Below are positions 35,787 through 41,304 of a stretch of 41,304 bases of DNA, piece by piece. The position numbers were made by a program, and so were the translations under genes. The notes below the pieces were generated by a model, which was not told the DNA's origin, searched no databases, and saw only the letters and a list, made by a program, of their open reading frames with translations. Origin of the DNA: Alloascoidea hylecoeti (lineage: Eukaryota); the NCBI GenBank assembly GCA_001600815.1, contig BCKZ01000037.1, forward strand, positions 62,001 to 103,304. The letters run 5' to 3'. The stretch's first letter is position 1. Each line of letters opens with the position of its first letter.

Positions 35787-36991
35787 TTAAAAGTGCTCTA
35801 TATACTCCATCCACTTCTCAAGTTTTGGCTTTATCTCAACCATTTGCCTATTGTTACTTTCAATCATCATGCTAACATCAGCTAATTTCTTGTTGTTACT
35901 ATCAATTTTCATGTTAAGATCACCTATTTGGTTATTTTCATTTACTATATTACCATTAGCGCGATGTTTATTGTGAACTTCAAGTATCTTGATAATATCG
36001 GCTAGTTTCTTATTGTAAATTTCGGTTACCATGTTACCATCAGCTATTAATTTTTTCATTTCGGTAAGTAAGTCTTGTGTTGGATTGACATCTTTACTTG
36101 TAGTTTCAACTTCATTCCTTTGATTCCAGCTTCTTGATGCTAAATATTGATCAAATAAATCAAATATAACAACAAGTAATGTGCAAATAACTAAAAAAAT
36201 TGTTATTATTTGAATATTATTAGATGTAGTTATACTTAGTTGAAGAGGATTAAAACTCTATTAATATAATTACCTATTATAAATAATAGAACAGGAGTAT
36301 CAATTAGGTTCCCAAACCAGGCGCCAATAGTTGTGGTGTATAGTAATCCACACGTGGAAACTTCAGGAGGTAAAACATCTGTAATTTTAAGTTCAGTTAT
36401 GATAAAGGTAAGAATGGGAAAACATTCATGGAAATAATCCATGAATATGGTCATATCAGCAAAAATTCCACATGACGAAGGTCTTTTAAATTCACGGGTG
36501 GAGTTGAGGATAGAATTTTGCTCCATAAAGAGATCAGCGAACAATTCTTTTGGAATCTCTGAAATCCAATTCATGTAGATGTAGATTATAAAAATGTTGG
36601 AGATAAAAAGCGCCAATGGCAAATATTTGTCACATATTTTGTCATACCTGCTAGGTGGTGGCAGATTCAAAACGATTAAAATTAACTTAACGTAACTTAA
36701 TATCTTTGGAACATAAATACCCAGAAACATTATCCAGTAAAATGTGTTTGATTTAAACAAACCAACTGAAAGATTATAGTAGTTATTGGCGTTCAACCTT
36801 GAATTAACCCAAAAGAAATTGAAAGGACCCGCGATCATAGTAATACCAATAATATTGGTAATTCCAAAAATAAATACAAATAAAGAATGAAGAGAAAAGG
36901 GAATAGGAGAATGAATCTAAGCGCCATCAGGAGAAGGTAAAGGTTTTGATTTAAAATCAGGTTTTGCATGTTGATAATTTTCTTCATTCAT
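35787..36991 (-). pseudogene. Membrane/coiled-coil paralogue 2; single premature TAG at codon 25; exons 36991-36274 and 36190-35787
   Basis: Reads MNEENYQHAKPDFKSKPLPSPDGA*IHSPIPFSLHSLF...MIAGPFNFFW. It has an 83-nt intron at the same site and is otherwise a continuous 374-codon frame with an expanded NKKLAD heptad-like tail. Confidence 0.7.
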
Positions 36992-37042
36992 AGTAGTTGA
37001 ATGAAATTATAAAGGGGAAAGAGATGAGTGGAGTCATCATAT

Positions 37043-37064
37043 TATCTGCTGCGAGGAGGGTAAA
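37043..37064 (-). promoter_or_regulatory. Conserved upstream motif (paralogue 2 variant TTTACCCTCCTCGCAGCAGATA)
   Basis: 20/22 match to the motif upstream of paralogues 1 and 3. Confidence 0.6.
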
Positions 37065-37733
37065 TCAGAAAAGAATAAGTTGTACCCTTAACAATCATAT
37101 TATTGTCGTATTATCAAGTATTTAATTAACTTGGAATGCCAAATATTATAACTGCGCTATCCAGAATTTGAAAACACATTTCACTGTGATGAAGAACAGT
37201 ATAAAAGTGAGTAATTAATTATAATAAGTCCGCTTTATATTGTTTTACTCAGAGTGATAAAATCACTTACAGATTCAGCATCTGTTCAGAAACTCTCGCT
37301 GATATATTTTCATAGGTTATATAACGTAGTGTTATTTTCCTCAATACTAAATACAATTATAAATAACAGAGCTGATAGACTTTTAAGTAGAATTTGATTT
37401 ATTTATAAACATGAAATCAATTGAATCTAAAAGTAATCCTAAGTAGAAACTCCATATCTTTTCGCAGTTACCTCTCAATTATTCATTAATTTCAGATGCA
37501 TTGAATTTATTCACAGAACTTCAGAACGAAAATATATGCAACTAAAAGGATACATGATAAATATATATTTCGTAAAGTAAGTGAGAAAGTAGAAGTTAAT
37601 ATACAATTGAAAAGAATATATATATAACCAATGATTAGCGAGATATCAATAATATCTAAAATAAACTTACATACGCGAATTGTGTAGTTATTAATCGTAG
37701 TAGCAATCGAATTGACACGAGTTAGATCGAATA

Positions 37734-37877
37734 GAACTGAATGGATGGTTTAGAAAACACAATATTCATACCCCTTTTATTTCTTGTGCTAATCTCTACT
37801 AAATATGGTTGTGCCTAGAATCAATGGGATATGATTATTATTCAACAGCATTGTAAAAACAGTTAGCTGAAATTAGG
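37734..37877 (+). repeat. ~145-bp direct repeat, copy 2
   Basis: Near-identical to 31157-31301. Confidence 0.9.
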
Positions 37878-38169
37878 AAAAGATGCATAGAAGCCTTACT
37901 GTTCTTCCACTCTGAATTCGACGTCTTGTATAGAGGATTTTGGCAAAACGTACCGGCATCGAACCGAGTGGCTGCATGTTGTGAAAGATTCAGAAAAAAG
38001 AATATTTATAATATATATAGTAGCTAGCACAATATAACATATCAAGGATGTGAATATAATTAAGAATATCAAATCAGTAAAAATTACCATTTAAAGACCA
38101 TCTTGCCACATTTTTATTTTTTCAGCAACTTTTCTTTAAGTAAATCATTCTTTGATTTTATATACGATC

Positions 38170-39223
38170 ATTTGACAATATTTATTTTCCAAGAACAACT
38201 CTGCAACTTTATAAATTTTGTAATTTTTCTTCTAACTTCTTAATGTTTTGCTCTATATTAGCTCATTTTGATACTTTCATTATTGATTCCAAGATCATTC
38301 AGTTGCTTCTTAATCTCAATTATCATCTTTCCATCAGCTAACAATCTCTTTCCTTTAGTACAAAGGTATGGCATTGGATCCAGATCTCCATCTACACTTG
38401 TAGATTCATTATCATTCTTCGAAATCCAGCTTTTTGAAATAAGATAACGATTGTTAAGACTACCAATAACGACAACTGTTGAGAAAATACCTAAAAGAAA
38501 TGTTCGTATTTCCGTCTTATAAGACGCAGCTATAATCAGTTGTAGAGGTTTGAAGTATTTTTAATAAAATTACCTATCACGTATAATAGGACAGTCACAT
38601 AAATCAGTTTCCCCAACCAAGCACCCATAAATATGAAAGAAAGTATTCCACATAAGCGAACTTCTGGAGGTACCACTTCTTTAATCATATCTTTCTCTGT
38701 GATAGAGGAAAATATGGGAAAGAATAGGTTGAAATAATAAATTAGTGTGTTGATGTCATCAAGCAGTGTATTAGACGAAAATACTTTCAATTTCCTAGTT
38801 AGATTGAGGATGTAATTATGATCCATATGCATATCAGAGAGAAAAGACTTTGGGAGTTCTAAAAACCAATTCATATAAAAGAAAATTAAAACAATGTTGG
38901 AAATCCACAACGCCATCGGCAATAGGTTCTTAAGTATTGTCCCAAAGCGGCTCGGTTGAAAGAAATTGATAATTGATAAAATTTCAATAATGCAAGATAG
39001 CATCATTGGAATATAAATAACGAGATTCATTATTAAACACTGACTGATTCCAAAGGAAATTGAAAGGAACTGTGATACTTGAAATAATGAAAACATTCAC
39101 GATTCCAAGAAAAGATGCGAACAAAGCGTGAAAAGAGATGCGAATAGGAAAATTAGTTAAGCCATAATATGAAGGAGTTAATTGATCATCGTGTTCATCA
39201 GGTGGATAATTTTGTCGACTCAT
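38170..39223 (-). pseudogene. Membrane/coiled-coil paralogue 3; frameshifting deletion after PFNFLW, 83-nt intron 38573-38491, disrupted tail
   Basis: ORF 38984-39223 carries the N-terminus and ORF 38536-39096 carries the body in another frame. Exon 2 (GIFSTVVVI...NESTSVDGD...LLADG) stops at 38258, and homology continues in shifted frames. Confidence 0.75.
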
Positions 39224-39273
39224 AGTGGTGGCTTAAAATTACAAAGGAGGGGACTAGAATGAAGATGTCATAA

Positions 39274-39295
39274 TATCTGCTGTGAGTAGGGTAAA
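39274..39295 (-). promoter_or_regulatory. Conserved upstream motif (paralogue 3)
   Basis: Identical to 32975-32996. Confidence 0.65.
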
Positions 39296-39346
39296 ACATA
39301 AATCGGATGCTATTTCCAATTATCGATATCTATAACTAGCATATAG

Positions 39347-39437
39347 TGTTAAACTTCAAAGTGCCTGTTCTCCCAGTTGCGCCAAAAAGCCAATCGACTC
39401 TTTAGTGAACTGTTCTGAGAGTGTAATATATCTAACA
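39347..39437 (+). mobile_element. 91-bp-family element (copy D), no matching TSD
   Basis: Full-length and near-identical to copy A. Confidence 0.85.
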
Positions 39438-39767
39438 GTTATATATCTTTAAGTGCGTATTATTTTTATGAATACTAAATAGGTTTATAAAAAACAAAGA
39501 TTAAAAGCTTTAATGATATAAGGGAATAGGGTAGATGGGTGGGTTATCTAACGTCGACTCTATTGTATGTAAATGTGCATGCATTTCTTTGCATAAATGC
39601 ACATAAAGATTGTTTAAAAACATAAAACAAAAAATGAAAAACTGAATGGCATCAATTACATAAATTTATGTAAAGAGTTTAAATAAATGTGTATACTTTT
39701 CTTTGAAGATTTTTAAAAGATTTAGCTTAAGGTATATTTAAAAGATTTGAATAATTTATTAATATAA

Positions 39768-39813
39768 TGTTAAAGTTCAAAGTGCCTGTTCTCCCAGTGT
39801 AGTATATCCAACA
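39768..39813 (+). mobile_element. 46-bp internally deleted element (copy E) with TSD TATAA
   Basis: Both termini retained, central 45 bp lost between AGT microhomologies, TATAA on both flanks. Confidence 0.8.
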
Positions 39814-40998
39814 TATAATGTCATCGGAAAAATGATGGAAATGTATGCGTACGTTATAAATGTCAGTCAAAATGGTGAATAGGTTTTATAGCCTACTAAA
39901 TGGATGAAACGTGAATTCCAATATATACCTGTGTAAGTGTACTTGTTAAATGAGATAATTAACTTATCCTCAAATTAATGAGCTACAAATCATTTCTTGT
40001 TGTGATATAACTCTTGGAATAACATACATGTATATATATTAGTGGAACTTTTAACGCACGATGTGAGGAACATGGTACATATGGTTCTTCAGAATTTGAA
40101 ATTTACTGCAATCATAAGCTAGAGAAAAATAGGGTGTGCACCTGTTATGGATTATCTTTCGATATATAGTAACTTTAACCTTGCAAGTTGTAACTGTATA
40201 ATGAAAATTTATATTATACTCGTAGTTATTCAGGCACGTAAAAAAAAGTTTGAATTTTCTTCTGTAAGAAATTGATCTAAGGTTTATAATGATATTTTTA
40301 TTTCAGTTTGTTATACTTCTACCACCAAGTGCGATCCACCTGTAGGCGCCCACCGGTCAGTAAAACCAGAGACTTTATAATTTGAATACAATGATTATTC
40401 AAAAACGTAAACGTATAAACTTAGATGGCATATAGACTTTTATGTTCCGAGATTTAGAGTGTCGGATAATTATAAGGCCTTACATTTATTCTTTACCCCA
40501 CAAATGTCATACTTCTAACGAAACTAATGGGGAAAAAACACCTTCAGCGATTACATAACATCGAGACCAATATGTATATTGATACTCAAATTGAAGAACA
40601 AATAGAAATCTAATTATTATTNTAAGGTGTCTTCCAAATCAAATAATAGGGTTATCAATAATATCTGATATAACTATCGACTAGCTTAAGAATATGTAAA
40701 GTTTGCTGATATCAATTATTTCTTCCTTGAAACTTAATATGTGTCAGGAACTTTAAGCTTATTTCTGCGTAATTTAACAAATTTTGATTAATTACATATT
40801 AGAGAGTAACTGTTTAATATTTTTAGTTACAATTAAGAAGTTTAAAAAAGTCTATCATTATAATTTCAAATTCACGAAAACAGTTATACAATTAATCGGA
40901 TTATATTTGCATATAAATATTGGTATTTTCCTATATTTAATTTTCAATAACAAACTGGTTTTCCAATTTATATCGTTTAATATATTTAATATTTCAAA

Positions 40999-41304
40999 AT
41001 GATGGTCCAATTAAAAAGTCTATGTTTGGTTCTAGTACTCCCTCTTACAACTATTGCAGATAGTTCAATAAGTTCATTACCTACAACTACTAATTGTCTT
41101 GAATGTGAAACATCATCATCTAATTTCACTAACTCAAGTTCAACTTCGGCACGAGTCACTATTTCCAGTTCAAGTTATTCCAATACTACTTTATCGAGTA
41201 ATGTACCTTCCCAAGATCCAGAAATCACTATTTCAAACTCAATTCCACTTACTGTAATAACATCAAGTTCTGCTCTTCCAAATACTAGTTCAGGCTCAGA
41301 CTCT
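40999..41304 (+). CDS. Secreted/cell-wall Ser/Thr-rich protein, 5' part (runs off the window)
   Basis: Open for 102 codons: MMVQLKSLCLVLVLPLTTIA (signal-peptide-like), then DSSISSLPTTTNCLECETSSSNFTNSSSTS... with N-x-S/T sequons. Absent from the ORF track because it has no stop in the window. Confidence 0.75.
   Translation, partial: MMVQLKSLCLVLVLPLTTIADSSISSLPTTTNCLECETSSSNFTNSSSTSARVTISSSSYSNTTLSSNVPSQDPEITISNSIPLTVITSSSALPNTSSGSDS

Noticed and set aside
23677..36919. TAG reassignment or A-to-I editing explaining the in-frame stops
   Set aside because: The RhoGAP relic also has several TAA stops, and the paralogue-2 TAG aligns with Leu rather than Trp; ordinary decay is simpler.

Overview
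AT-rich, intron-containing budding-yeast (Saccharomycotina-like) nuclear DNA. The first ~9.5 kb is a gene-dense core block: DCK1-like DOCK GEF (5' part), RPN13 with a spliced-on C-terminal DEUBAD domain, an Fcr1-like Zn2Cys6 factor and a 6-exon mitochondrial acyl carrier protein. From ~10 kb on, gene density falls sharply. That part holds an ACS-family MFS permease, a divergent Hog1-type MAPK with its own C-terminal docking motif, a disrupted Sac7/Bag7-like RhoGAP and a divergent PSP1-domain gene. It also holds three tandem paralogues of a multi-pass membrane/coiled-coil protein I do not recognise (one intact, two disrupted, all with an exactly 83-nt intron and a shared 22-bp upstream motif), and the start of a Ser/Thr-rich secreted protein. 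Non-coding highlights are two phased arrays of a degenerate WATATT-CGG-CCA motif at mostly 21-24 bp spacing with unrelated spacers, and a family of very short (91-bp) TG..CA solo-LTR-like elements, two of them with 5-bp target-site duplications. All calls come from reading the sequence by eye; no searches were run.
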